Translations under genes and position numbers: made by a program
Part shown: in pieces, positions 40,968 to 51,579 of the stretch
Position numbering within the stretch: the stretch's first letter is position 1
Layout of the letters: every line of letters starts with the position of its first letter
NCBI GenBank assembly: GCA_051003195.1
Contig: JBPCLP010000048.1
Location: forward strand, 1-56,977
Source of the DNA: Candidatus Sumerlaeaceae bacterium
GTDB taxonomy: Bacteria > Sumerlaeota > Sumerlaeia > Sumerlaeales > Sumerlaeaceae
Direction of reading: 5' to 3'
Length of the DNA stretch: 56,977 nt
Notes under the pieces: generated by a model
The model's input: only the letters and a program-made list of their open reading frames with translations
Told to the model about the DNA's origin: nothing
Databases searched by the model: none

Positions 40968-42047
40968 CTAAAAGACCAGCGCCGAGGCCAATTTCCCGTT
41001 GGGTTGAGGGTCGCCTTCAAGTATCTTTTCGTAGGCCGCAAGGTAGCCCTGGGCCATCGCCTGGCAGCCAAATCGATCGCAGGCATACTCCCGGCAACGA
41101 GCTCGGCTGATGTGGTGCACGCTTCCGATCGCTTCGACCATCTGCTCAAAGCTGTCCGTCACACATCCCACATCTTGCTCGATTATCTCCGGTACGGAGC
41201 CGCGACGGTGCGCTATGACGGGCGTACCGGTCGCCAGTGCCTCGATCATCACCAGCCCAAATGGCTCTTCCCAATCGATGGGAATCAGGATCGCGCGAGC
41301 GCTCTGCAGCAGCTCATTCTTCTGCGCATGATTCACTTCGCCAATGAACCGGATTTGCTGCCCGTCGATCAATGGTTCAACCTGCTGTGCAAAGTAGTCG
41401 CGATCGGCCAGGTCGACTTTGCCCGCCATGATCAGTGATACATTTGCGGCCTGCGCCGCACGTATCGCCGTAACCGGGCCTTTCTCCGGACTGAATCGCC
41501 CAAGGAACGCAAAATACTCCTTCGGGTGTTCATTGTACTGGAAGCTGGCGCAATCGATCCCATTATATACTGTGGCAATGTAGTTCAGTCCTGGAAACGG
41601 TCGACGCTGCGCATTGCTGATGGAGACAAACGGCGTCTGACCTATTTCTCCCAGTACTCGCTGATAATATGGAACAGAAAGCGGTCCGTGGAAAGTGGTG
41701 ATCACGGGCGCGCTAAGCTGTCCCGCGAAGGCAAGCAAGCGCCAGCCAAGGTGGTTGTGAATGATGTCAAAATCTTCACTGTTCAGCCGGTTTACCAGGC
41801 GCCCGATGCCAATCATTTTCATCGCCTCGCGTAGCTCCGGAGTATCCAGCGTGCGGTCCGCGCGCAGACTGATCGGGAAAATGGGTTCGAGCCGTGCGCT
41901 GGTGTTGCTGTCACCAGACGCATACACAGCCACATCATGTCCAAGTGTAACAAGTTGTTCTGCAAGGTTGTAGACAACGAGCTCCGTGCCACCGTATGTG
42001 CGCGGGGGCACGGGCTCTTCAAAGGGAGCAACCAAAGCAATCTTCAC
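40968..42047 (-). CDS. GT4 glycosyltransferase
   Basis: VPP..YGGTE, FLGRFSPEKG, WEEPFGLVMIEALATGTPVI. Confidence 0.93.
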   Translation of the reverse strand: MKIALVAPFEEPVPPRTYGGTELVVYNLAEQLVTLGHDVAVYASGDSNTSARLEPIFPISLRADRTLDTPELREAMKMIGIGRLVNRLNSEDFDIIHNHLGWRLLAFAGQLSAPVITTFHGPLSVPYYQRVLGEIGQTPFVSISNAQRRPFPGLNYIATVYNGIDCASFQYNEHPKEYFAFLGRFSPEKGPVTAIRAAQAANVSLIMAGKVDLADRDYFAQQVEPLIDGQQIRFIGEVNHAQKNELLQSARAILIPIDWEEPFGLVMIEALATGTPVIAHRRGSVPEIIEQDVGCVTDSFEQMVEAIGSVHHISRARCREYACDRFGCQAMAQGYLAAYEKILEGDPQPNGKLASALVF

Positions 42048-42096
42048 CTGTATGTCTCCTTAGGGGGAGTGAACATTGTAGCAGCCACCGCCGGGC

Positions 42097-43479
42097 TTAG
42101 GCTCCAAGCTGGTTATGCGGCGCCATTTGCGTTACGCGGCTGCGTTTTGAGTATAACGGCGCAGCAGCCGGTGTTGTTGCCATTGTAATAACATTTGCGG
42201 CCGGGCGGCGGACACGTGCGGCAAGCGCAGCCGTATACTCGGAATAAAGTTCGCGACTGACCTCGTTCCACGTAAACTTTTGCAGGACGCGTTGCTTGCC
42301 AAGGCGTCCCATCCGGCGACAGAACTCCGCATCTTTAATTAGATGCAGCATTTTGTCGCACAGGTCGGAAGGCGAATAGGGCTTGGCATGTAGTCCGCCA
42401 AACCGATCCTCGACTGCGTAACGCAAGCCGCCCACGGCCGATACGATGGCGGGGGTGCCGCATGCCTGTGTCTCAATCGCGACCATTCCAAAAGGCTCAT
42501 AGTAGCTCGGCACCACGCTGAAATCAGCAGCGGAGTAATACCGTGCGACCACCTCCTGCGGGTGCGACCCGGCAAAAAGCACATTGCCACGCTCTCCATC
42601 CCATTCTGTAAGGTGAAGACTCGCGGCCATTTTGCGGAACGCGGAAAGCTCGGGGTCCGGCGGTGTGCAGCCAATTTTTCCACCGACAATCACCAGGAGA
42701 GCATCATCGGCTTTACGTCCCAGTTCGAAGAGTAACTCACGATAGGCAAAGAGCAGTGTCTCTAGGCCCTTCCGGGGATCCAGGCGCCCCACGTACAATG
42801 CGATGTGCTTGTCCAACGGCAGGCCGAGTTTCTCCCTCGCGTGGTGACGTCCGCGTGTGCGGAATAATCCCGGATCCAGCCCACAGGGAATAATCGTCGT
42901 GTTGCTGTTGGTATGGCTGTACCAGTCGGAAAAGTCCTGCGCTTCGTGTGGGCTCGTTGCGACCAGGATATCGGCCTGTGCCATAAGCCGCTTCTCAATT
43001 TCCAGACGTTCCATGTAATCGGCCGTGTTTGCGGTGCCTTGTAACTGATCATGGTTCAGCTTGATTCGACCAAGCGAGTGGAACGTGTGGAAGTGCGGAA
43101 CTCCGAGCTGTCTTGCCAGTCGCAGCCCAAATTCACCCTCCACATAATAATGCGTGTGGATCAGGTCGTACTCCAATCCTTCTTCATTCGCGAACTGGTG
43201 GAAATCGCCTATCATTTCATCAATAAAATCAAGGAGCTTTTCCTTTTTTACAAAGCTCAACGGCCCGCCTTTCAACCGAATGGAGCGGGCGCCCGATGCG
43301 ATTTCTTCGACCCTCTGTTTTTGTGGGTTGTTCCATCGGGTAAATACGTCCACATGCACGCCTGAACGCGCAAGGTTTGCGGCGACATTCCTGACGTATA
43401 CGTTCTGGCCACCTGCTTCGATAGAGCCCAGTGGCTCAAGCGGGTCGCCGTGCAGACTAATATGGGCAATGCGCTTCAT
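42097..43479 (-). CDS. GT4 glycosyltransferase (MshA/sucrose-phosphate-synthase-like)
   Basis: HGDPL..EAGGQNVYV, LIHTHY, HTFHSLG, VGRLDPRKG, PSYYEPFGMVAIE. Confidence 0.9.
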   Translation of the reverse strand: MKRIAHISLHGDPLEPLGSIEAGGQNVYVRNVAANLARSGVHVDVFTRWNNPQKQRVEEIASGARSIRLKGGPLSFVKKEKLLDFIDEMIGDFHQFANEEGLEYDLIHTHYYVEGEFGLRLARQLGVPHFHTFHSLGRIKLNHDQLQGTANTADYMERLEIEKRLMAQADILVATSPHEAQDFSDWYSHTNSNTTIIPCGLDPGLFRTRGRHHAREKLGLPLDKHIALYVGRLDPRKGLETLLFAYRELLFELGRKADDALLVIVGGKIGCTPPDPELSAFRKMAASLHLTEWDGERGNVLFAGSHPQEVVARYYSAADFSVVPSYYEPFGMVAIETQACGTPAIVSAVGGLRYAVEDRFGGLHAKPYSPSDLCDKMLHLIKDAEFCRRMGRLGKQRVLQKFTWNEVSRELYSEYTAALAARVRRPAANVITMATTPAAAPLYSKRSRVTQMAPHNQLGA

Positions 43480-43697
43480 GCATCCCTCCCTCCCCCTGCA
43501 TTAACTGGCACCCATTAGGAGCAAAGTTTGTTCCCGAAAAGCCGGGCACCACAATGGCACATTGGCTTGGAACTACTTATGCTACCCGCATTAAAGTATG
43601 TCCGCGGTGCAAAGCTTGACGCCAAATCCGCAAAAATGGAAATTTTGCCATTATGGGGTTTGTAGCAGGCCTCAGCAGCATTTCGGGAGAGGAAACG

Positions 43698-44732
43698 TTG
43701 AGTAAGCCTAGAGTAGCCATTATGGGTGCAACCGGTGCGGTGGGGCAGGAGATGCTCCGCACGCTGGAAGCGCGCAATTTCCCGCTGAGCAGCCTCAAGT
43801 TGCTCGCAAGCGTGAAAAGCGCAGGGAAGAAGTTCCCATTTCGTGGCAGGCTGCTTACCGTGGAGACTCTCACGAAAAACAGTTTTGCAGATATCGACCT
43901 GGTGTTGTCGTCTGCAGGTGGATCCATTTCCCTGGAGTTTGCGCCGGTTGCGGTGGCTGCGGGCGCGGTCGTGGTGGATAACACCAGCGCCTTCCGAATG
44001 GATTCTGATATTCCGCTGGTTGTTCCCGAAGTGAATGCTGATGCGCTCGAACGCCACAACGGCATTATTGCGAACCCAAACTGTTCGACTGCACAGATGG
44101 TAGTCGCACTGGCTCCCATCCATCGCGAAGCTGGAATCCGGCGGCTGGTGATTTCAACCTACCAGTCTGTAAGCGGTACTGGCCAGAAGGCTGTCGACGA
44201 ATGTCTCAAGCAGGCGCGTGAGCTTTTGAGCGGCGCAAAAAGCGTGGAAAGCAAAATCTACCCACATCAGATCGCGTTCAATGTACTGCCGCACATCGAC
44301 GTGTTTGGCTCCAACGGCTACACCAAAGAAGAAATGAAGATGGTGCACGAAACGCGCAAGATTCTAGACGACGATTCAATTGCAATTACCGCGACAACTG
44401 TTCGTGTCCCGGTGCTGCGTGGTCACAGCGAAGCGGTAAACGTGGAGATGGTGCGCCCGATCAAAGCCGCACGCGTTCGCGAGTTACTGGAGACCGCACC
44501 GGGTGTTATTGTCGTCGACGATCCCGCGAACGCGCATTATCCGACCCCTGTTTATTGCGAGGGCCGAGACGAGACGTTTGTTGGCCGCATTCGTGACGAC
44601 ATCAGCAATCCGAACGCGGTCGAAATGTGGATCGTCAGCGACAATCTCCGCAAGGGTGCTGCACTGAATGCGGTGCAGATTGCCGAGGAGCTATTACGGC
44701 GAAACCTGTTAAGGGTACCAGCCGTAGCGTAG
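43698..44732 (+). CDS. asd: Aspartate-semialdehyde dehydrogenase
   Basis: TTG 43698 after GGAGAGG; GATGAVG, NPNCST, TYQSVSGTG, RVPVLRGHSE, DNLRKGAALNAVQIAE. Confidence 0.98.
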   Translation: MSKPRVAIMGATGAVGQEMLRTLEARNFPLSSLKLLASVKSAGKKFPFRGRLLTVETLTKNSFADIDLVLSSAGGSISLEFAPVAVAAGAVVVDNTSAFRMDSDIPLVVPEVNADALERHNGIIANPNCSTAQMVVALAPIHREAGIRRLVISTYQSVSGTGQKAVDECLKQARELLSGAKSVESKIYPHQIAFNVLPHIDVFGSNGYTKEEMKMVHETRKILDDDSIAITATTVRVPVLRGHSEAVNVEMVRPIKAARVRELLETAPGVIVVDDPANAHYPTPVYCEGRDETFVGRIRDDISNPNAVEMWIVSDNLRKGAALNAVQIAEELLRRNLLRVPAVA

Positions 44733-44795
44733 CCTGGACCCCGACGCGACAGGTCGAGATGAACACGTTGCCCCTGCCGTCATAATCATTGAGCC

Positions 44796-45731
44796 GTGAA
44801 CCACAATCTGCCATATCGCGTGCTGCTGTACTACCAGTACGTGCCTATCGAGGATCCTGTGACTTTCGCACGGGAGCACCTGGCCTTTTGCAACAGCCTC
44901 GGCATACTCGGGCGTGTCTTAATTGCGCCGGAGGGTATCAACGGAACGGTGTCCGGAACGCAGGAACAAGCTGATTGCTACATGAGCACCATGCACACGG
45001 ATTCGCGATTCGCGCACATGGTCTTTAAAATCGACCAGGCGGACGGGCATGCATTTCGGAAGATGGTCGTTAAGCCAAGGTCCGAGCTGGTAACGCTGCG
45101 GGCGGCTCCGTATCTGGATCCGAAGGTGCGAACGGGCAGACGACTCGCGCCAAAAGAATTTCATGATGCCCTGCAACGTGATGACGTTCTCGTGATAGAC
45201 GCGCGCAATAGTTACGAATACGACCTCGGCCATTTTCGAGGAGCCATTCGCGTGGAAGTGAAAACGTTCCGCGAGTTTCCGGCATGGGTGCGAAAACATC
45301 TGGCTGATCAAAAAGACAAAACGGTTCTCACGTATTGCACAGGCGGTATTCGGTGTGAAAAGTTTTCGGCTCTTCTGCTGGACGAAGGTTTCCGCGACGT
45401 CTGCCAGTTGGATGGCGGAATCGTATCGTATGGTAAGGACCCTGAAGTTGCTGGTCGGCTATTTGACGGACGATGCTATGTCTTCGACGAACGGGCTTCT
45501 GTGGAAATCAACCATACAGCTGAGGCCAAGGTCATCGGGCGCTGCATGCATTGCGGCAATGCCTGTGAACGCTTTGTGAACTGCGCCAACACCGATTGTG
45601 ACAATCAGTATATCTGTTGCGTCGATTGTGAACTCGAGCAGCGAAGGAGCTGTTCGCTTGAATGCGCGGCGGCGCCACGCCACGAGTTCGATCCCGCCAC
45701 GGCAGGCACCTCAAAGTCATTTTATCGTTAA
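44796..45731 (+). CDS. trhO: Rhodanese-domain tRNA U34 hydroxylase (UPF0176)
   Basis: LLYYQY, EGINGTVSG, DARNSYE..GHF, YCTGGIRCEK, YVFDER, Cys-rich C-terminus. Confidence 0.93.
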   Translation: MNHNLPYRVLLYYQYVPIEDPVTFAREHLAFCNSLGILGRVLIAPEGINGTVSGTQEQADCYMSTMHTDSRFAHMVFKIDQADGHAFRKMVVKPRSELVTLRAAPYLDPKVRTGRRLAPKEFHDALQRDDVLVIDARNSYEYDLGHFRGAIRVEVKTFREFPAWVRKHLADQKDKTVLTYCTGGIRCEKFSALLLDEGFRDVCQLDGGIVSYGKDPEVAGRLFDGRCYVFDERASVEINHTAEAKVIGRCMHCGNACERFVNCANTDCDNQYICCVDCELEQRRSCSLECAAAPRHEFDPATAGTSKSFYR

Positions 45732-45810
45732 GAAAAGGCCAGCAAAGAATAGTCGATACCCGTACAATCGTACTGGAAGTAGTTTAAAGTGCCACTTAAA
45801 CCCTGGGCCT

Positions 45811-47271
45811 ATGACAGCACGCAGCGTTCACCTGGTTGCACGAAATCGGTTCTCGTTGTGGGTGATTCTGGTACCCCTGGTATTCCTGCTGCTTGCGCTA
45901 CTTTCCAGCGATTCCACTCTCACCAGTAATGACGGAGCTCATTTTGTTCTGACGCGCTCGCTGGTCCGCACGGGCAGTCCTCACATCGACGGATTTTTGT
46001 GGTACACGCTTAATACCGACTACAGCATTTTTAAGGGGCACTACTTCTCCGATCGGCCGCCCGGCACCGCGTTTCTGTGCTGTCCTTTTCTCGCGTTGTG
46101 GGATGCCGCAGCCGGGGTAATACCATCCATGCGTGAGATTCCTGCGGCACGGGTTTCTACGGTGTTCGCAAACCTGGCTGGAGCTATCGGAGCGGCACTT
46201 ATGTACTGGGTGCTGGGGCTGTGGGGATGCACAAAGATGATCGCTCTAGCTGCATCGCTGCTGACGCTTTTTGGCACGCTGATGCTGAGGTATTCTCTTT
46301 TCATGTTTTCGCATGTATTGTCCGCGGATTGCCTTCTGCTTGCACTTGGCCTGGCGACGCCATTGTTCATGCAGCCGCCCATGTTGAACAGGCAGGGAGT
46401 GCTCCAGTTGCTGCTGCTGGGCTTTGTTCTCGGCTATTTCGTCGTCATCGAGTATACCGGCGCGTTGCTGGGTGTGCTGTTGGTTGGCTTTCTGGTAGCG
46501 AGTTGGTTGCGAAACGAAGGTGCAGGTGCATGGAGGTTGCACCTGGCGCGGATGGGGCTGCTGGCAGGAGCAGGATTTGCCGGCGTTCTGCCGCTGCTGA
46601 TTTACAACTGTGTGTGCTTCGGCAATCCGTTTACCACCGCCTATTCGTACCACGCGAAATTTGACTGGGCAGGCTCCTTTGCCACAACGTTTACGCACTC
46701 ACCGGTTCGCGGCCTTGGCGGCCTGTTGTTCGGAAACGGGGAAGTCGCCTTTCCACTGCTTACGCACTCGCCATGGCTTTGGCTATGCCCGATTGGTATC
46801 GTAGCTGCGGTTCACCGCGGCTATCGAATGCAGGTGGCGCTTTTGGGCAGCTTCGTTGTCGTATTTGGACTTTTGATGGGAGCGCATCGAACTTACTGGG
46901 GTGGAGGCACCAGGGATGCACGTTACCTGGTGGCCGTACTGCCTGGATTTGCACTCCTTTCCGGGTTGGCAATCGATTCCATTCGCAGGCTGCGGCGTCC
47001 ACTGCAGCTTGTGGTGATGCCTACCGTCCTCCTGCTGGGGGGTATCTCAGTTATAATGCATCTCAGCGACCATTATCATTTGTTGCGTCGGGGAAACGAA
47101 ACGCCGTTGCCCGACGCCATGGGGGAGCGCGTTGTCGAGATACTTCAAACGCTCTTGCCGGGACTCAAACATCTCGGGCTGTTGCTGAGCGCTGCATGTA
47201 TTACACTCATGACAACGATGGTCGTTGGTTTAGCTACAACTTCTCTGCGCCGGCGGGTCGTGTCCACGTAG
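45811..47271 (+). CDS. Polytopic membrane protein, possible GT-C glycosyltransferase
   Basis: ATG 45811; SNDG..D..YFSDRPPG loop, YNCVCFGNPFTTAY, ARYLV; many TM helices. Confidence 0.68.
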   Translation: MTARSVHLVARNRFSLWVILVPLVFLLLALLSSDSTLTSNDGAHFVLTRSLVRTGSPHIDGFLWYTLNTDYSIFKGHYFSDRPPGTAFLCCPFLALWDAAAGVIPSMREIPAARVSTVFANLAGAIGAALMYWVLGLWGCTKMIALAASLLTLFGTLMLRYSLFMFSHVLSADCLLLALGLATPLFMQPPMLNRQGVLQLLLLGFVLGYFVVIEYTGALLGVLLVGFLVASWLRNEGAGAWRLHLARMGLLAGAGFAGVLPLLIYNCVCFGNPFTTAYSYHAKFDWAGSFATTFTHSPVRGLGGLLFGNGEVAFPLLTHSPWLWLCPIGIVAAVHRGYRMQVALLGSFVVVFGLLMGAHRTYWGGGTRDARYLVAVLPGFALLSGLAIDSIRRLRRPLQLVVMPTVLLLGGISVIMHLSDHYHLLRRGNETPLPDAMGERVVEILQTLLPGLKHLGLLLSAACITLMTTMVVGLATTSLRRRVVST

Positions 47272-48238
47272 AGGTCGGGTTGTAGTGCTTGAAAACCAGC
47301 CGGCTGATTTCGCGAATGTTTGCTTCGGCTTCGTTGCTGCTGTCCCAGCTTGTGTCCTGGTTTTCCCGCGTGTAAACGCTAAGCACATATTTACCGCCGG
47401 GAGAGGCGACGACCGCGTTGTCAGACCTAGAACTGTTTACCGCTCCGCTTTTGCTGCCGACCCATATCGTTGGCGGAATCTCAGCTGGAATATCGCCGTC
47501 AAAATACTGGTGCCCAAGCAGACGCAGCATTTCATCGGTTGCCGTGGTGGTGCCTGCCTGGCCTGTCGCAATCATTTCGGTCAGGCGGCGCATTTCATTA
47601 GGCGTCGTAACCCCGAGGCCCCACGTCTCACGCATTTTAGCATCCCATACAATCCTGCCGAAGACCGTCGATGCCATCCGAGTTTTCTCGAAACCATGAT
47701 TCATCAACCAGTTGTTGACCGGCTGCAGGCCACCCACGGCTTCGACCAGCATGTTGGTAGCAGTATTATCGCTCACGGTGACCATGAAGTGTAGCAGCTC
47801 TTTGATTTCGATCTTCGTGCCGTCTTTGAACCGCTGTACGAAACCTGCGCCGGGCGCACTGGTGGATAAGTCGTACTTGCGGGTGTCGTAGTACGACTTA
47901 AAACGGCCCGACGGGGAGGACAGTTCGTCAAATACCGTGCAGAGAACGGCCAGCTTAATCGTGCTCGCCGTCGGAAACATTTCATCGCCGTTGACCGAAA
48001 GCTCTTCACCCGTGTCCAGGTTTTTCAAGCTTAGTCCCATCACGCCGCGGTGGTGTGCTACCACTCTCTCAAGATCACCTTTAAATCCAGGCGAAAAGGT
48101 CGTCGTTGCCGTGGTGACGTGGAGTGTTCCGCTCGTGTCCGCCGCAAAAGCAGCGGTGTTTGTACAAACTGCTATTGCGCACAACAGCATACTGCTGGTC
48201 ATGTAAAGACGCAGGGACAATATCAGCTCCTGGAACAC
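47234..48238 (-). CDS. Class A beta-lactamase-like serine hydrolase, exported
   Basis: FPTASTIK (SxxK), SDNTATN, KSG triad, signal peptide (start may be ATG 48202). Confidence 0.9.
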   Translation of the reverse strand: MFQELILSLRLYMTSSMLLCAIAVCTNTAAFAADTSGTLHVTTATTTFSPGFKGDLERVVAHHRGVMGLSLKNLDTGEELSVNGDEMFPTASTIKLAVLCTVFDELSSPSGRFKSYYDTRKYDLSTSAPGAGFVQRFKDGTKIEIKELLHFMVTVSDNTATNMLVEAVGGLQPVNNWLMNHGFEKTRMASTVFGRIVWDAKMRETWGLGVTTPNEMRRLTEMIATGQAGTTTATDEMLRLLGHQYFDGDIPAEIPPTIWVGSKSGAVNSSRSDNAVVASPGGKYVLSVYTRENQDTSWDSSNEAEANIREISRLVFKHYNPTSTWTRPAGAEKL

Positions 48239-48369
48239 AAAGTGTCGGATGGCTAGCCGAGGTGATCAGGGCAGTTCAATGGCTTTTGTGCGGTTTGCAC
48301 GGTTTTGTGTTAATGTGGTGTCCCATGAAGCTTCCTGAAGTATAGCTATGAACTTCTGCGAACAACACC

Positions 48370-50958
48370 CTAGTTATGTTCCGCCCTGAACTCCAGCTGC
48401 CCTCCGGCGTTTGTGTCCGCGACGATATGGTCCCCTTCCTGGAATCGGCCCTCGAGCAACTGCAGCGAAAGTGGGTCAAGTATCTCGCGCTGTATCGCCC
48501 GCTTCAATGGCCGTGCGCCATACGCAGGGTCGAAACCCTCCGACGCCAGGCGCTCCTTTGCACTGTTGGTCAGCTCCAGCTCGATCTTGCGATCAGCGAG
48601 GCGCTGCTGCACGCGACGCATCTGGATATCGACGATACTCGAGATCTGCTCGCGTGAGAGCGAATGGAAAATAATGATCTCATCAATGCGGTTCAGGAAC
48701 TCCGGTCGGAAGTGGTTTCGCAGCTCGTCGCGCACCGACTGCTCGATGATATCCTCGTTACCGCCACTCATCTGCTCGATGAGGTGCGACGCAATGTTAC
48801 TCGTCATGATGAGGACGGTGTTACGGCAATTGACGACGCGGCCATGGCCATCGGTCAGGCGGCCGTCTTCCAGGATTTGCAGCAGAACATTGAAAACGTC
48901 CGGATGCGCTTTCTCGATTTCATCAAACAGCACGACACTATACGGCTTGCGGCGCACAGCTTCCGTAAGCTGACCGCCCTGCTCGTACCCGACGTAGCCC
49001 GGCGGCGCGCCAATCAGTCGCGATACCGAGTGCTTTTCCATATACTCGCTCATGTCGATCCGGATGATATTATTTTCTTCATCGAACATGAACTCGGCCA
49101 GAGCTCGTGCCAGTTCCGTTTTGCCGACGCCAGTCGGTCCAAGGAAAATGAACGAGCCAATGGGACGGTTTGGATCGCTGAGCCCCGCTCGTGCACGGCG
49201 GATTGCATTGGACACCGCGTTGATCGCGTCCTTCTGCCCGACCACCCGCTCTGCGAGACGCTCGTCCATTTTGATCAGCTTCTGAACTTCGCCTTCCATC
49301 AGCTTCGCGACCGGGATGTTCGTCCAACGCGCGACGATTTCCGCGATGTCTTCCTGCGTAACCTCGCGATTCGTCATGCCACTTGAAGCACCGTCGTTTG
49401 CCTGCAGGCGCGTGAGCTCCTGCTGCAACTGTGGCAGCTTTCCGTGCTGTAATTCCGCCACTTTGTTCCAGTCCGCCAGCTGCTGCGCACCTTCGATCTG
49501 GTGCTGTGTTTCCTCCACCTGCCTTTTCAGATTCGCCACTTTATCCCCGCTCGCCTTGGTGGCCTGCCACTCAGCTTCGAGCGCGCGCTCCTGCTCCTGG
49601 AGGTCTGCCAGTTCGCGTTCGAGCTTCTCCAGCCGCTCCTTGCTGGGCTTATCGTGTTCCTTACGCAATGCCGCTGCTTCCACCTGCAACTGAATGACGC
49701 GACGCTTCACTTCATCCAGCTCCTCCGGTCGCGAAGTCAGCTCCATGTGCAGTCGGCTGGCCGCCTCGTCGACCAGGTCGATTGCTTTATCCGGAAGAAA
49801 ACGGTCCGCAATATATCGATGCGCGAGCACCGCAGCCGAAACCAGCGAGCTGTCGCGTATCCGCACCTTGTGGTGTTGCTCATAGCGATCACGTAGACCG
49901 CGCAGGATGGAAATCGTGTCCTCCACGGTTGGCTCATTCACCATGATCGGCTGAAAGCGCCGCTCCAGCGCAGGATCTTTCTCGATGTGTTTACGGTATT
50001 CGTCGACGGTAGTTGCGCCGATCGTATGCAATTCTCCCCGAGCCAGTGGCGGCTTCAGCATGTTGGCAGCATCGACGGCGCCTTCACTCGCGCCCGCGCC
50101 GACAACCGTATGCAACTCGTCGATGAAGAGGATAATTTGTCCATTGCTGTCCGTGACCTCTTTAAGAACGGCCTTCAGGCGATCCTCAAACTCGCCACGA
50201 TATTTCGCGCCGGCAATGAGCGATCCCATATCAAGAGCGACAATGCGTTTATCTTTCAATCCTTCGGGTACGTCGCCGCGAATGATTCGCTGCGCCAGGC
50301 CTTCGACAATGGCTGTTTTGCCAACGCCCGGATCGCCGATCAGCACCGGGTTATTCTTGGTCTTGCGCGAAAGTACCTGCATCACCCGGCGCACTTCTTC
50401 GTCGCGTCCAATCACCGGGTCCAGTTTGCCTGCGCGGGCGGCGTCTGTCAGGTCGCGTGCGTACTTTTTGAGCGCTTCGTATTTTGCTTCGGGATTCTGG
50501 TCCGTTACACGCTGATTGCCCCGCACCTGAACAAGCGCCTGCAGGATGGCGTCCTTCGTAGCGCCAAGCGCTGCCAGAACACGCGAGCCTTCTGTACTCC
50601 GTTGATCTGCAATTCCCAGCAGGAGGTGTTCCGTAGAAGTGTAATCGTCTTTGAGCCGGTCGGCTTCCTTTTCGGCGCCGTCGATTGCCTGCGCGAGACT
50701 GCGCGACATTCCCGGCATTTGCGCACCGCTGCCGCTGATTTTCGGCAGCTTCTGTAGTGACTTGAGTACCTGGCCGGCAACTGTGTTCGGATCAATCCCC
50801 ATCGACTGCAGGATCGGCGGCACCACGCCGTCTTCCTGTTGCGTCAGGGCGACCAGGAGGTGCTCGGGCGTGATCTCGGAATGGCCGTTCTCGAGCGCCA
50901 ATCCCTGCGCGGACTGCACCGCCTCCGACGATTTTACGGTAAACTTTTCGGGTTTCAT
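48370..50958 (-). CDS. clpB: ATP-dependent disaggregase ClpB
   Basis: Clp N domain, GDPGVGKT and GPTGVGKT Walker A motifs, long coiled-coil M domain, GARPLKR. Confidence 0.98.
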   Translation of the reverse strand: MKPEKFTVKSSEAVQSAQGLALENGHSEITPEHLLVALTQQEDGVVPPILQSMGIDPNTVAGQVLKSLQKLPKISGSGAQMPGMSRSLAQAIDGAEKEADRLKDDYTSTEHLLLGIADQRSTEGSRVLAALGATKDAILQALVQVRGNQRVTDQNPEAKYEALKKYARDLTDAARAGKLDPVIGRDEEVRRVMQVLSRKTKNNPVLIGDPGVGKTAIVEGLAQRIIRGDVPEGLKDKRIVALDMGSLIAGAKYRGEFEDRLKAVLKEVTDSNGQIILFIDELHTVVGAGASEGAVDAANMLKPPLARGELHTIGATTVDEYRKHIEKDPALERRFQPIMVNEPTVEDTISILRGLRDRYEQHHKVRIRDSSLVSAAVLAHRYIADRFLPDKAIDLVDEAASRLHMELTSRPEELDEVKRRVIQLQVEAAALRKEHDKPSKERLEKLERELADLQEQERALEAEWQATKASGDKVANLKRQVEETQHQIEGAQQLADWNKVAELQHGKLPQLQQELTRLQANDGASSGMTNREVTQEDIAEIVARWTNIPVAKLMEGEVQKLIKMDERLAERVVGQKDAINAVSNAIRRARAGLSDPNRPIGSFIFLGPTGVGKTELARALAEFMFDEENNIIRIDMSEYMEKHSVSRLIGAPPGYVGYEQGGQLTEAVRRKPYSVVLFDEIEKAHPDVFNVLLQILEDGRLTDGHGRVVNCRNTVLIMTSNIASHLIEQMSGGNEDIIEQSVRDELRNHFRPEFLNRIDEIIIFHSLSREQISSIVDIQMRRVQQRLADRKIELELTNSAKERLASEGFDPAYGARPLKRAIQREILDPLSLQLLEGRFQEGDHIVADTNAGGQLEFRAEHN

Positions 50959-50990
50959 CTATAGTTCTCCAAGAATGGGGCCCAATGTAC

Positions 50991-51006
50991 TGCAACCGTC
51001 ATTCCA
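50991..51006 (-). promoter_or_regulatory. Putative sigma54 (-24/-12) promoter of clpB
   Basis: Minus strand TGGAATGACGGTTGCA = GG-N10-GC with TTGCA, 33 nt upstream of the ATG; GGAGAA ribosome-binding site in between. Confidence 0.62.
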
Positions 51007-51187
51007 GCCGATTCCATGTCCTTGCAAGCGCGGTCGGAAAGGGCGCGTCCAGTTTAGTGGCTCATTTAATCAAGTTCACAAAACGTTTTTCAAGTTCCTC
51101 GCGGACAGCTGGTTTGGTTCGAGTTGCAATCAAGTTCAAAAATACGAATTTGGACACTTGAAAACCGGAGGCTAGTATCCGCAGCCC

Positions 51188-51316
51188 TTTACCACAGGGC
51201 ACAGAGACACAGAGCTTTCACAGAGGAAAACACTCTGCAATTTGTAAGGGTTCTTACCACGTTATGCACAATAAGCATCTCTGTGCATACTCTGCGTCTC
51301 TGGGCCTCTGTGGTAA
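51188..51316. mobile_element. Palindromic MITE-like element, copy 1
   Basis: TTTACCACAG(A)GGCACAGAGACACAGAG...CTCTGCGTCTCTGGGCCTCTGTGGTAA terminal inverted repeats; near-identical to copies at 51451 and 55132. Confidence 0.8.
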
Positions 51317-51450
51317 TATGCATTAATGTTTTGCCGAATTTGCGGGCGGGTTCGCGAACGGGATTTGGTTGGTTTTTCATCTATAGAGACGGCTGGTATA
51401 GCACAGTTGTTTTGGCGTTGCCTATTCCCGTGTGTCTACTTAGCCGGCCA

Positions 51451-51579
51451 TTTACCACAGAGGCACAGAGACTCAGAGCTTCACAGAGGAAAACAGTCTG
51501 CAATTTGTAAGGGTTCTTACCACGTTATGCACAATAAGCATCTCTGTGCATACTCTGCGTCTCTGTGCCTCTGTGGTAA
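51451..51579. mobile_element. Palindromic MITE-like element, copy 2 (overlaps start of the next CDS)
   Basis: Same TIRs and core as copy 1; identity with copy 1 continues 27 bp beyond the right TIR. Confidence 0.8.

Noticed and set aside
48376..51175. Long antisense ORFs opposite clpB (similar ones opposite serS, nusA, coxA and the Gfo/Idh/MocA gene)
   Set aside because: Shadow ORFs expected from GC-rich codon usage of conserved genes; no protein motifs.
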